The notes: generated from the sequence alone by a model not told the origin. A DNA stretch of 64,000 nt from Octopus vulgaris (GCA_951406725.2 OX597826.1:22196001-22260000); one strand, 5' to 3'. Counted from the first letter of the stretch, positions 40,000-53,591 are shown. Numbers and translations: made by a program.

Positions 40000-41470
40000 T
40001 ATGACAGATGTCATGCATGATTGTCATAAAGTGTTGTAGCTTTAGGTCTTCTGTAGCGAGACTGACAGACCAGTTATGTTCCATGACCTCTTTCTTGATA
40101 CTCTTCCAATCAGCTTTGTGTAAGTTCAGGCTGGGGAGGAGTTGGGTGCTTCTAGTAGCCTGCATGGCTGTAGTCTTCTGTGGACCATTCATTGTTAGTT
40201 CTATTAAGTTATGGTCTGAGAAAAATCATTGGTGTCACCCCAACATTATGGATGAGTGCCACGGTGTTTGTGAAACAGAAGTCCAGGACATTTTTTCTCC
40301 TTGTTGGGTGGAGCAATATTTGCTCCATTAAAGAGCATGTTAGTGAGGTGATGCAGAGATTCTGCATGCCTCAGGCCATGCAGTGACATACCCGAGATTT
40401 GAATTTGACCTTCAGGCCATTTGACATAAGGGAGGGTGAAATCCCTTAAAACAAATATATGCAGGCTGTCATCCAGGTTGGTTAAAGCTTCTTTCATTTC
40501 TTGGAGGCTCTCTTCAAATGATTCCCCATGATTTTGAGCATTTGGTGGGTGATACATGGTACACATTAGTTCCATCTGTTGAATGTGTACCACTAGAGTG
40601 TCACAGACTGAGTTTGAGTGTGACAGCAGGACCACAGGTGTGACATCTTCCTGGATGTAAATTGCCTCTCCACCAGGAGTCCTTTCTCTCTTGTCAGTTT
40701 GAAACACAACATACCCTGGTATGTGTATCTCAGCATCTGATACCTCTATATTCAGATGTGTTTCTGTTAGTGACACACATATTGCTTGATTACATGCCAC
40801 TAAGTCTCTCAGGTATTGTGTTTTGCGTTGTTGCGAGGCTCCTGATGTTCAGCAAGAATACTGGTGTGATATGTAGGGTGTCGGTAGTGGCCAGTGGTCA
40901 GACATGGACAGAAGTGTCAGAGTTGGCCACCCTGGATCCTTTGTTGTTTGAGGTGGTCGTGAGTACTGGTACGTGTTCCTCATACTGGATGTCTGGTGAA
41001 GCCAGGTCAGCTGCCTTACAATCTTCTGTGCGACCTCCAAAAAAGCCTGTTGTTAAGCAGCTGCTATCTGCACTGCATCAACAGTTTGTTTCTTCCTAGG
41101 AGCAGTGTGTGCACCATCCACACACTTCCATGGTGGTGGCATTGTATCTTGTGATCTGATGCTGTGTTGTTGGAGGCTGTTCTTCCTGGTCTTCAGGCAA
41201 GTGGAACGAGCACTGTTCATATGGGATTTGGGATGAATAAATCTGCAGCCTGTCCCAATGTCACCATGCCAGCAGGTACCCTTTACATAGAACTTGCAGA
41301 CTGGTTTGGTTTCCTTTTAACCAGAGCCATTACCTTTGCAGGTTCTATTTCGTTTTTCTTGTGAATCCGCTTTGAGCCCACATTCATTCTCAGACCCGCC
41401 AACCCACTGGTGCCTTTGTTTTTGTTTGTTTTTCCTGCTTTACTTTGCTGTTGTTTTTCTCCCCCCTGCA
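40000..41470 (-). mobile_element. CR1/L2-type LINE 5' part: ORF1 CCCH finger + ORF2 APE
   Basis: CKFYVKGTCWHGDIGTGCRFIH; SLTETHLNIEVSDAEIHIPGY, MYHPP, DFTLPYVKW; NLHKADWK. Confidence 0.8.
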
Positions 41471-42970
41471 AACCTTCACCTTTAGTTTCTCCTGGTGAAC
41501 TTTGGTATTCTTCTTGGACTCCCAGTTGTCCAGGGTGTTGATGTCTCCTTTGTTTTGCTCCTCTCTTTCAGCCTTATCCTGAACTTCTTGGATTCTATGG
41601 GGTCACTAGCTTCCTTTTCTTTTTCACACTTTTGTACCTTCACCTCCACTTTAACTATTTTCTCTAAGTTTAAGTGTGGTTGTATTAAGGTATAATGAGT
41701 GAATGAGCTCATTTTTTTCCCTCTCAATTTCAGCTATGGTTCAATGAAAACCAAAGCTCTTCAGGGCCTCTGCAATAAGAGAGTTTGGCAGCGCTGCTTC
41801 TGCCAGGTTCCATGCGAGGAACACTGAATTTCCTCAACCAGCCAGTTTCTCTGAATTTTGGAACTTATGCTTTCTTTCATGTAGTTTGCTTTGCTGAAGT
41901 CCATTTGATGAGATAGGGAGAAAGGAAATGTCAGGAAGAAGTGGGGACAGATATAAAAGAGTGGAGAGAGAAAGAGAGAGGGTGGTGGTGAAGAAAGCAG
42001 AGTAATGGGGAGGGTGAGAGAAATATAGAGGTAGTGAGGGGGACAGAGAGGAGAGATGTAAGGCAGTGACGAGAAGCGGATGGGAAATGTATATGTATCG
42101 CGAGAGTGAGGAAGGGAGAGATTCAGAGAGGGAGGAAAGACAAGACAGAGACAAATAAATTAGTAAATACAGGAAGTGTTGAGAGAGAGAGAGAAGTGTG
42201 AGAGGAGAGTGAGAGAGATGAAAGAGATTTTAAAGGAGTATAAGAGAGAGGTGTATTGTGAGCGAAGAGAGAAAGAAAATATAGATAAAGAAATTAAATA
42301 TCTTTTTTTCTAATGGATAAAATTTTACAAAACCTTTACCAATATATTCCTTTAGCATTTCTCTTTCATATTAATATCAATATAATAATTCTTAATCAAA
42401 ATTAAAAGAATGATGTGGATTCAAAGTGTCAATGTCGGGTATTACTACCGTCAGTCAACCAGTTTTGTCTATATATTTTTGCTCTTAACTTTTTTCTACT
42501 GCACTAGATTTTAAGTATTTTATCTCTAAATGTAGCTTATATGTAGTCAAACATAATTAAAAAACAAAATTTGATTTCGATTAAAACTGGATTAGTGAGA
42601 TTGCTTGAAGACGCCGAGTGCAACCAAAAAGTGATGTTAAGAATATTATTCAACCCCTACTGTAGTTGAATGATAAACATGCATCTCTGGTTATATAAAA
42701 TGCTGAAGAATTTACACCTCTGATTATCTTATAATAATTCTGCTTGTCGCTCCATTACTTAGCTTGACCATAACACTTTCATGTGATTCGATGAAGGGAA
42801 AGTTGAAGAGTGAGAGAAAAAAAGAGGGAGAGAGAAGCGTCCACGATGTGAGGCAGGGGGAATGTAATATTTATTACGTGGTTAAAAAAGTTAGTTAACG
42901 GTAGTGATACAGAGAGTAGTTAGGTATATAATTTTAGCAGAGGGGCGATGTTCTGATGGTGAGGTTAAAG

Positions 42971-43007
<37 letters not shown>

Positions 43008-43796
43008 GATGATGATGATGATGAAGACGGTGGTGAAGGTGTGGTACTGGTGCTGTTGTTGTTAAGCAACAAGACGGGTAAGGGTGATTAGATGATGGTC
43101 TAGGGATTAGGGGCGGGAGACCCCAGACCTTGGAAAAAAAAAAACCTTGCTCGTCTTGTTGTAGTCGAGGGCTCTTTGTTGACGCCTGACACCACTGGGA
43201 GGTGGCCCTCGAAGTCGCTGGAAATGGAGATCTCCAGGTCCAAATTCTTGAACGGCTACTGCTGGTGCTGGAGATGGTGGTGAATTGAAAGCCAATGATG
43301 TGGTTTTCAGAGTATATCATGTTGCATTAAATTTCTACCCCTCGTGAAATTGTGACTCCTATATTTTACATCTAAAACAATTTTTTGTGCTATAAAATTT
43401 TTATCTTCTTGGTATAAAATTGGGACCATATAAATTTTAAAATGCAATTTTTTTGTTAATGGGAAAAATGGAAAAATAGAAGTGAATATTCATTCTATGA
43501 GTGTTGTATATTAAGTCTATAAAATTGTGCATAAAGTATATAAAGTGCATTAAGTAATCATTGTATCCTAATTTCTTCCACTTTTCAATGAGTAGAAGAC
43601 GAGCAGCTATCTTTTGATACAAGCACAACACAGGTTATGCTTTCAGGTTTTTTGGATAAAGTTTTCAGAAATAACCCAGTAGGTTTATCATTAAATCCAT
43701 GAAATATTCGCAGGTCCTACTAGTTAAATATAATCCTACATCAACACTCCTGTCAATATACAGCCACAGAAATAGTTGATGGATTCTGTTATTTAG

Positions 43797-44680
43797 GAGA
43801 CCAAGTCAGTAACAGAGGTGGATGCTCTGAGAGTGTAGCTGTGAGAATAAGGACAGGCTGGGCAAAGTTCAGAGAGATCCTACCCCTGCTGGCAACAAAG
43901 GGCCTCTCCCTCAGAGTGAAAGGCAAATTGCATGATGCCTATGAGTGAACAGCTATGCTACATGGCAGTGAAACATGGGCTGTGACCATTGAGGACATGT
44001 GTAGGCTTGACAGAAATGAAGCCAGTATGTTTTGGTGGATGTGCAATGTTAGTGTCCATGTATGATAGAGTGTAAGCGTCTTGAGAGAAAAGTTGGACAT
44101 AAGAAGCATCACATGTGGTGTGCAAGAGAGATGACTGCACTGGTATGATCATGTGCTGCATATGGATGAGGACAGGTGTGTGAAGAAGTGCCAATCTCCA
44201 ACTGTGGAGGAAATCTGTGAAAGGGGTAGACCCAAGAAGACATGGGATGAGATGGTGAAGCATGATCTTTGAATGTCAGGCCTCATGGAGGCAATGACAA
44301 GTGACTGAGACCTTTGGCAATATGCCATACTTAAGAAGACCCCTCAACCCAAGTGAAATCATAGTCATGGCCAGTGCTGGTGTTATGTAACAGGCACCCA
44401 TGGTAAGTTATTGAGATGGTAAGTTATTGAGACCTTTGGTGACACACCATGCTCAAGAAAACTCATCAAGCCAAGTAAAATTGTAGTTGTGGCCAATGCG
44501 GGTGTCATGTGACTGGCTTCCATGCTGGTGGCACGTAAAAAGCACCCATTACACTCTTAGAGTGGTTGGCGTTAGAAACCAAGCTAAATCAGATTGTAAC
44601 CTGGTGCAGCCTTCCAGCTTACCAGTTTCAGTTGAGCTAAGCCAGGCCATCATGGAAAGCAGACACTAAATGATGATGAT
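43797..44680 (+). mobile_element. RTE LINE 3' fragment
   Basis: YLGDQVS..GCSESVA, LHGSETWA, GRPKKTW remnants; tail. Confidence 0.85.
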
Positions 44681-46509
44681 ACACACACACACACACACAC
44701 ACACCTATCTATATATAATCTTCTATACGACCCCAATCCCACCCTATCTATGCAGTTCCCTTGCAGACTGATTTCCTGGCAAGAGATCAATCCTATAGTT
44801 ATATGTTACAATCTGTTTCAAGCATCTCTAGAAATAGCCACAATGTTATGTTCTGTATTCTGTCTTCATTGTCAGTGTTTACCTCCATATCAGTTATGAC
44901 CATCCAGTCATTTTTTGGTACCTAAAAATACATGACTGAATATATCCTTTTTTTTTGTTTAAAACAGTGGAATATGATTTGAGAGAAAATTTGGTTGTAA
45001 TTTCTAGCAGGTCAAGCAACCATGTAGAGGTTGTAATGTTTTGGTGGAGGAGTTATTGATTCTAAGACCAAAAAGTCATTCCTGACACCAAACTTAATTA
45101 ACTTCTTATCCAAAAATATTAATTTCTTAATAATAAGTCCACCATCAATGGTAAATAATCAATGAATCAATAATTTAACATGAGAAATCAATAAAGACCT
45201 CATCAGGTATGGTAGAAATGGTAGTGATAGTGGTGGTGGTAGTAGTGTGAACGGTGATAGTAATGATGATTGTGGTGGTGATGGTGATGGTAATGGTCAG
45301 GTTGAAAAATTACTAAAATATGGTAGATTAAAATAAAGCAGGAAAAGTATGAGTGGTTATGTGATAAATTAAAATTGATTTATTAATTTATTGATTGTTA
45401 CACTAGTCATAAGAGAGATATAACAATGGAATTTGTTAAAAAAAATTGCAACAAAATAATGGAATAAGTAAAAAAAGGTGAAACTATGAAAGTGTTAGAA
45501 TAAACGTGTTAATTTCTGGCAGGCTTTCATTGATAAGAGAACTTGGAAGAAAACAAAAATAATAGATTACAGAAAAGATGGCACACCCACATAAGTTTAC
45601 ACCACCGCCACCACACACATACACACATGCGCGTGTGCACATGCGCACACATTACACATATGAAACTTGAAATTAGAAAAAAATGTGATGAAATTAGAAA
45701 ACAATGTGATATATGTCAGTATGTATGTGTGCATAGTCACCAATTTTTAAAAATCGGCGACCATGCACACATACATGCTGTTTTTACATTAAATTCTAAT
45801 ATAACCACAGTCAATACCATCTGAAAGGCATTTATATAAAAATTTCATTCAAAAATACCCATTTTTCTAAACGTTATAAAGAAACAAAATTGACTTGTGT
45901 GAATTTTCTGAAACTTCTCTACTTCAAATCTGAATATTTTTCCACAACTAATTCTGTTATCATCAAAATCTACATCAGCTGAACAATATTTGTCTAAGAT
46001 TTCATTAAAGAATATCCTTTTTTCTGAAAATTATAAGGAAACAAATTTGGGGGTAAAGGGCACACTTGGGTATGTATACTGAAAAGATAATTCAAATGTA
46101 AGGGATCAACTGTCTCAACCAACTCTAAATCTTTAGTCACGAAACACAATAATGAAAGTAGTCTACATATCAAAGACAAAATGGGATTAGCAGGAATAAT
46201 CTATTATTCCCATTAATTTAAGGGCAAAAAAGAACTCATTTTTAACATAAGAAATAAATAGCCAACAATCTTAATTGAAAAGTTTATAGTTTTTTTATAC
46301 TTCAGTTGTGTAAGTATTCTGGTTGGGGTCGTTACCCTATATTTTTAATGAGGTTCCTTCTATTAGTCTTCTGAGTTTGGAAATAAAAATAACTGTGTCA
46401 CAACAGTAGTGTTATAATGATGTTACAGATGTAACATTGCAGGGATGTTACAAGTGAGGCATTGCAACTGAAATGCCGCAAAAACTAGTGAGACAAATGC
46501 AGTAAATTC

Positions 46510-47060
46510 TGAAGATGTGAGACATGAGATGGAAGAGAAATGAAACGAGCATATTCTGGTGGATGTGCAATGTTAGTGCACATGAAGAACAAGGTAGAGG
46601 TGAGAGTCAAAGAGGGTTTAAGAGGAACCAGTTGTAGAGAACAAGAGTGAAGACTGATAGGGACATGTAATATATATGGAAGATAATAGATGGGTAAAGT
46701 ACCAGGAGATCCAAATTGAAAGAAAAGGTGCGAGAGGAAAACTTGATGATGATGGCAGAAGTGGTGAAGGCTGATCTCAGGATGTTGAATCTGATGAAGA
46801 CAAAGGAACACAACAAATGGTGAAATGCTTGAAAAGATCTGTCCAAACTATGGAAGTATTAAAATGGTTATAGATTCTCCTCCTCTTTTTATGTTCTTTC
46901 TCTAAGCCGGTATGGGTTGAACAGTTTGACAGGATTTGGCAAGCTACAGGGCTGCTTTGGGCACCAATGTTACTTTTGATATGGTTTCTACAGCTGGATG
47001 CCCCTTCCTGAAGCCAACCACTTAATAGTTGGTGGGTGCTTTTTGCATGTCACTGATTCC
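46510..47060. mobile_element. Old RTE fragments
   Basis: gaaatgaaacgagcatattctggtggatgtgcaatgttagtg; reverse tail cagctggatgccccttcc. Confidence 0.5.
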
Positions 47061-47099
47061 ATGTATATATTGACTATTACCGGTGATAATGGCAAATTT

Positions 47100-49222
47100 G
47101 AAATGGTGAAGACATGCCAGATTAAGTAGTTTATGAAACTCAAAGGTCAGGGAATGAAGACTGAAATCCGTCACCCACCTGTGGAGGCAGTAATTAATGT
47201 AAGTAGCTGACACCTAGAAAGCTCTGAAGAAGTAGTACTGAACTTTGCGACAACCATCAAGCATATTCCATACCTGGACATAATAGCTCCTATTGAAGAG
47301 ATAGCCATAAACATGCCAAAAGCTCAGGGAGATGAACTAAGGTGGAAAGTGAGACAGGTATTAGAAAAAGCAAAACTTCCTAAACCAAACATCACTAAGG
47401 AAGAAAAGTTTGCTATAAAACGACTACAGAGTGACAATTCCATGGTAATACTTCCAGCAGACAAGGGAAATGCTACAGTGGTGATGAACAAGTCTGACTA
47501 CTCTGAAAAATTGGCAAGTCTTTTAAGTGATGGTAGCTACAACAAAGAAAAGAAAGACCCAACTCTGAAAACAGAGGAAGTTGTCACAGATCTTGATGAA
47601 GAACAAGGATCACTTTACACCAATGAAGTACAGACAACTGACTCAACACTACAGAAAACTACCACACATGTACGGTCTTCCTAAGATTCACAAGGATGGT
47701 ATTCCATTAAGACCTAGAGGTTCAGCATGTCATCCACTGAGCCGCTCCCTTGTTGATATAGTCAGTCCATTAGCAGGAAAGTCAACATTGTACATGATGA
47801 ATTCCACCCACTTCACAGAACTGATCAAGGATAAACCAGATGAATCCAACCAGATGATGAGTCTAGATGTGATAAGCCTGTTCACCAAAGTCCCAACTGG
47901 TGAAGCACTATCAGTGATACAAGAAAAACTAGTGACAGACGCTCATTTAAAAGAACACACTAATATACCAATAAGAAACTTGATGGAAATGTTGACCTTC
48001 TGTGTAGAAAGTACCTACTTCAGTATATATATCGACAAGAGGAGGGTTTAGCTATGGATTCGCCATTATCATAGCAAATATATACATGGAATACTTTGAG
48101 AATTTGGCTTTAGAATCAACACTACTAAAACCAACACTATGGCTATGATATGTTGATGACACCTTTATACTCTGACCCCACCAGGAATATGTCCAAGTAA
48201 TGTTAGATCATGTGAACTCAATAAAGCCATCCATACAGTTCACAATGGAAAAGGAAACAGGCAATCAGCTGGCATTCCTGGATGTATAAATAATATGTAC
48301 CAAGTATGGATTCAGGACAACCATATACTGCAAGCCGACCTTTACTGGACAATACCTTAACTTCAATTCCCACCATCCATACAGTGTAAAGAGAGGGATT
48401 GCTCAGGGCCTAAAATATTGTGCAAAGAATATAAGTAGCGATTGTGAAGAAGAGAGAGGATGAGGCCAAAAAACTGTCCATAGCCTGTCTACCCTATGTG
48501 AAAGGACTCTCCGAGAAGATACAAAAGATATATGGCCCATATAACATCAGGACAGTATTCAAGAGTAATACAACACTTCACAAATATCTCCTTCAAGTAA
48601 AACCAACAATAGAAGAGAATATGACCAAAGACTGCGTGTACTCCATCCCATGCAGCTGTGGTAGGTATTACAAAGGTGAAACATGGGTAGATGAACATCG
48701 CAAAGTTGTGACGTGAGGAGATATTGATAAATCAGGTATAGCTGATCATGTATGGAAAAATGGAGACCACCTCCCCCTGTAGGATGAAGTTAAAATAATA
48801 GACAGAGAACACCACTGGAAAACACGAAAACTAAAAGAAGCCGCACATATGCTAGGACACAACAACCTCCTAAGCAGACCGAGTGCAGATATGAGCAGCA
48901 TATGGGAACCGGTGTTAAGGAAGGATAGGAAAATATTAGATTTATAAGCCCTAAAATTCACTCCATAATTGCCCACGTGCATAGTGGTTAAGAGCGCAGG
49001 CTACTAACCTCAAGATTCCGAGTTTGATTCCAAGCAGTGACCTGAACAATAATAGTAATAATAATACTAAAAATAATAAAATCGAAAAATACCTAAGGAA
49101 TGAGTATGCAGGTTCGAAATTTCCCCAAGACACCTAAAGAAGGCTGGAGTATATATCAGTGAGGACAAATATCCATCAAATGTAAATAATGTACATAATT
49201 CCTCATCTCTTAAATATAGAAC
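47100..49222 (+). mobile_element. Degenerate Penelope-like element (RT + GIY-YIG) with 3' pseudo-LTR
   Basis: ILPADKGNATVVM, YGLPKIHKDGIPLRP, SLDVISLFTKVP, GLAMDSP, YVDD, LAFLDV, LPYVKGLSEKI, CVYSIPCSCGRYYKGET. Confidence 0.92.
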
Positions 49223-49573
49223 ATAATTCTTTAATATTGGATATTTCTTCCAGTTCTGTTTTTTCTAAAATGGAAACCTAACAGTAATAAATAAAAAAAA
49301 ATTATTAGTGCTTAGTGCCACGCCATCATTGATCAAGTCAACTTATGACAACATTCCAACCATGACAATCCCAACATTCTCTTGGGGATTGTATTCCTAG
49401 TTCTATATTTGTGAATGTGTTCTTGTTCAAGATATTGGGATTTGAAGAAAATTTAGCAATTTTTTCAAGCAGTTTAAGTGACAACAAAACATAGAGGCTT
49501 CATCATTGAGTTCATGGGATTTTTGCAATAGAAAAGAAACCCAAAGGAAGCTAAGGTTTTGGTTTGTACTTAC

Positions 49574-49709
49574 CAAATCTGTAAGAACCTGTGGCCTGGG
49601 TAACTGCATAGTCCGTATAATATATGGAATATTTACAGTTCTTTCTTTTTGTAATAATAACAGGGAAGAAAATACAACACAAAACAATCCACTTCGTTCA
49701 GCACCATTC
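49574..49709 (-). CDS. RPTP exon: D2 P-loop equivalent
   Basis: 136-nt exon mirroring the D1 exon; (L)NGAERSGLFCVVFSSLLLLQKERTVNIPYIIRTMQLPRPQVLTDL; gtaagt donor. Confidence 0.92.
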
Positions 49710-50482
49710 CTGTTAAAAAATAAAACAAGTGAAAGTTATCATTGCCCTAGGATATTTCGGAAAAGGAGATTTTCAAATTGTCTATTTTTCAGAAAAGAAG
49801 GCATATACAACTACATTATCCACCATGTCCTGCTCTTTATTAAGGCAGCAGGATGTAATTATGGGTGAGTTGGCTGATGTTTCTAACAAACTAAGCAATA
49901 ATATGTAGACTTTGAATAATAAAGTTCAGTAAATTAGCTAAATAAACCCTGAAAATGGAGGTAATTTTCTTTTTGTCTTTTATTATTGTTTAGTAAAAGG
50001 AGGAAGTGAAGACAACTGGCAGTAAGAAATTCTCTTAGACTCGAGATAAGATACAAATATTTACTACCAAGTGGGCTCTACAATTAAAAGTAGCCATGGA
50101 CTGTGTGATAGGGTTGAAATGGGTGACAGATTGACTCTGTAACTCAAAAGAGAGAATTGTTATTGTGTTGAGTATTAGAAGATAGAAACGAATTTTAGGA
50201 ACTGCTGCCATTGGTGGTGAAGAGTTTCTGTTTGAACATCTGTTATAAATGGTGCTTCTGAGAGAGTGTGATTGTGAATTAGGAACAATGAAGGTAATAG
50301 TTCTATTAAAGAACACATTGTTTCCATTGGGGAAGCTTAGGGAAAAAAATGTAATAGAAATTAGTGATGGAAACGACAGGCTGTAACAGACTTTTGCCAT
50401 GCTACTTCATTGGAACAATTAACAATTTAATTAGAAGCAGTAAATCATCATAAGAAAAGATTATGATTAACATTTTACTTAC

Positions 50483-50643
50483 AAGCAGTGAACAACCATT
50501 GGTGCTTTTGGATTTGTCTGTGTTTGTTGAATATGTTGTTTAATTTCTTCAATCATATGTAAGAAGGATACAGTATTGTTTGGTACTGCAGATGTAGCTG
50601 GCCATGATGTGTATTGGTACTGTTTCACACTCAACTGTTTTCC
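50483..50643 (-). CDS. RPTP exon: D2 WPx loop to VHC
   Basis: ctgcag|GGA...TGCTT|gtaagt; GKQLSVKQYQYTSWPATSAVPNNTVSFLHMIEEIKQHIQQTQTNPKAPMVVHC(L). Confidence 0.93.
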
Positions 50644-51541
50644 CTGCAGTACATAAAATGATGATAATGTTTTTGCTATTTCATAAATGAGAATTGAAAA
50701 TTTCAGAAACATCTTCATGTATTTATCTTAATATTCATTTTCAATTAAATACCAATTTATTACTGGACCAAGAAATGATTTTTTAGAAATTGCTGGAAAA
50801 TAAAAATAAGGAGTGGAAGGGAAACAGGTTCAAATAAAACTGAGAATTGTAGCTAGACAAAATATTAGTATTTTTGAACAGATTCAGTAAAAAGAAATCC
50901 ATGTAATTGGTAAAGATTTTCACTGACCAACACAACTAGAACCATTGGTTCAAAGAAGCACGGCTTCATCCTTCTGCTGCTTCTGTTACTACAACAAAAG
51001 CCTCTGATCTTCTGAACTAACGACTTTCGAAACCTCTTACAAACAACCTATTTGTTCTTTCCTCATCTTCACTCTGTCACACCCCAATACTTAAAGACTT
51101 AAACATTTCTAAATTAACTTTCCTCTTAGAACTGAAATATAAGTAAGATTTTACTTCAAAATTGAATTGTTGTTTAATAAAAATATCTAAGAAAACTTTG
51201 TCCTTAAAATTTAAGCAAATGTCTGAATTCTAAGACTTATTTAAACTAATACCAATAGTGAACTAAATTAATATTACACCTCAATAAAAACTGATTAATG
51301 TGTGTCAAAGCAAGACTTTGGTTTTCTTCACATTAGAGCTGTCTGTGACATCTAATACCATGATACTGCTACTGCTGATTAACTTACAGACACCAAGTGA
51401 AGAAAGAACTGAAAGAAGAAAAAATTAAGTTTTGATTGTTCAAGATTCTTTACAGTCTCTCAATAGAAAACAATGGGCTTTAAACAACTTTCCGACATAA
51501 CGAAAATGTCCTTTTCAACAGGAGTATTAAACTCAACAAAC

Positions 51542-51667
51542 CGTTTCTGAATTTTGTATGAACAATATTCTTTCCATAAAGTCTGTCTTTTCTTCCGCCT
51601 TACTGCTATGGACAATAATATGTCCAAACTCAATTTCACCATCGTCCTTCCAATATTTACAGCAGGT
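51542..51667 (-). CDS. RPTP exon: D2 CxxYW motif
   Basis: tttcag|ACC...ACG|gtttgt; TCCKYWKDDGEIEFGHIIVHSSKAEEKTDFMERILFIQNSET. Confidence 0.9.
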
Positions 51668-51747
51668 CTGAAAATCATTAAAAAGAAAATAAGTTATTTC
51701 AGTTATTGTTAAATATCTGTTTCCTGTTAAAGTCAAAATATTTTAGA

Positions 51748-53320
51748 CTGTAGCATGAGAGGAAAGATCTATTTTGTTGCCGTGGCATAGTTCAGTTGTG
51801 CTGTGGAAGATTCCAGCCAATCAGAGCTGGATGTGTATGAATGAAATGGCAGTGATCTGCCTCAGCTAAAAAAAAATCTCTACAGCAGCTAAGCAGCAAT
51901 TTCAAATTAGTTGTGGATTTGACGGCATAGAAACAACATTGCTTTCTTTGACATGTCACATTTTCTATGTCCACCACTAACTACATGCAACTCATTTCAT
52001 TAATATCAATCAGCTTCCACTCTGCTTCATATAAATCTCAGTATATATAGTAAGTCATGTGATTTTCCCTCACACACATGTGTTTGGTTCCCATTCATAT
52101 TAATCCTTGTTACCACTTGCTAGCATTCATTACACTACCAAATAAATTTCAATGTTTTTGTTTTGTAAACTTGCCTTCTGAATATTCTTTATTTACGCCT
52201 CTTTAAGAAATGATTGGAAATGGGTTCTTTCTATGAACTGTCTTTAAAAGAAATGCTACCTTCACACATTATGTTACAACTCGAACATGTTACATATAGC
52301 AGACATCCCTTCTAACATACATTAGTGATTCACATGTGTTGCAATAACCATTTTAGCCATTTTGAAATATGGTATGAATTGGCAATATGACGTAATGTCT
52401 TTGCCGAAGAATTATTATTTTCGTTTTTTTCCATTGGTTAATATAACTGCTCATATAAAAATTCTAAAAGTTTTGTAAAGAATATTTGTCATGGATTTCG
52501 ATTCTTTTTAGTCAAGTTGAGCAGTCATAAAAACCCTGGATTTTGGGAAAAACTTCAGTGTTTGTTGGATGTCACTGAACTCCACGACACTCACTCTTTT
52601 GAGACATCGGTAATTTTCATGCCATGTCTAAGTTAATCACAAGTCTATTTTGATTTGTAGATTAATGTATTAGTTAGAATTAAGAATTAGTTAATGAATT
52701 TATAGTCGTTTTTCTACACGACAAAGTTATCTTTCTTTCTTACTGTAAATAATATAAAATGTTATATTTATATAATAAAACTAATTAAAAGAAAATGTTT
52801 CTCTTCACGTTTGTTTTTCAACTGAGTATAGATAAGTATGCATTTCTGTAATCCTTGATTATGTTTTCTTATAGCGGTTTAAAGGACACGAAGAAAATAT
52901 TCAACATACATGTCATTAATATAGCGTTTCATGCGTATATGTCTCTATGACGTTATAACTGTAGTTAGGGTTTTAGGTATAACGATAACACTTAAGTATA
53001 AGTGACGTTGAGTCATTATATTCTCCCTTACTCAGAAAAAAGCCAAATAAAATAATATAACCTAAGGTAGAATAAACAAAAACCACCATAGGAAACATGT
53101 AACATTGGTGACCCCAACGTGATTTGAACATGCAGCCTTCTGATGTGGAGTCAGATTCACAACTAATTTGAAATTGTTGCTTTGCTGCTGTAGTGAGTTT
53201 CTTTTTATCTAAGGCAGACCAGTGCCATTTTATTTATTCAGCACTGATTGGCTGGAATTTTCTACAGTACAACTGAACTCTGCTACAGTAACAAAATAGA
53301 TCTTTCCTGTCTTGCTACAG
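51748..53320. mobile_element. Element bounded by ~175-bp inverted repeats (51748-51923 / 53150-53320) in a PTP intron
   Basis: ggaaagatctattttgtt vs aacaaaatagatctttcc; ttccagccaatcag vs ctgattggctggaa; caatttcaaattagttgtg vs cacaactaatttgaaattg. Confidence 0.75.
53106..53155 (-). pseudogene. Processed tRNA-Trp(CCA) 3' fragment including the CCA tail
   Basis: Reverse complement TCTGACTCCACATCAGAAGGCTGCATGTTCAAATCACGTTGGGGTCA-CCA = anticodon arm, T arm and acceptor of eukaryotic tRNA-Trp. Confidence 0.85.
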
Positions 53321-53456
53321 AACTATTAGTATGACTAAAATGGTTTCAAAATAATTCATAAAGTTTATAATTGATTTAAAGACACATTGTGATGACCTAT
53401 AAGAAATTTTCTCTGATGATATGTAGAATGTTAAAGAATATTAAAATTCCACTCAC

Positions 53457-53591
53457 TTCATCCATAGAATCATCACTATTCAGCATCACAATTGTGCTAC
53501 TTTGGATATCACAAACCATTTGCCAAAAATCTTCAATTGTTTCTTTCATCGGCATTTGGGTTGCTATATAATTGCGGGGATTTTCATGACT
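53457..53591 (-). CDS. RPTP exon: D2 IATQ/DFW/IVML motifs
   Basis: ttttag|AGT...GAA|gtgagt; SHENPRNYIATQMPMKETIEDFWQMVCDIQSSTIVMLNSDDSMDE. Confidence 0.95.

Noticed and set aside
45786-45850. Possible PTP last exon (KFLYKCLSDG...)
   Set aside because: In-frame stop immediately upstream and no suitable acceptor; 38624-38695 fits far better
53106-53155. Functional tRNA-Trp gene
   Set aside because: Lacks the 5' half and D arm, has substitutions and an encoded CCA
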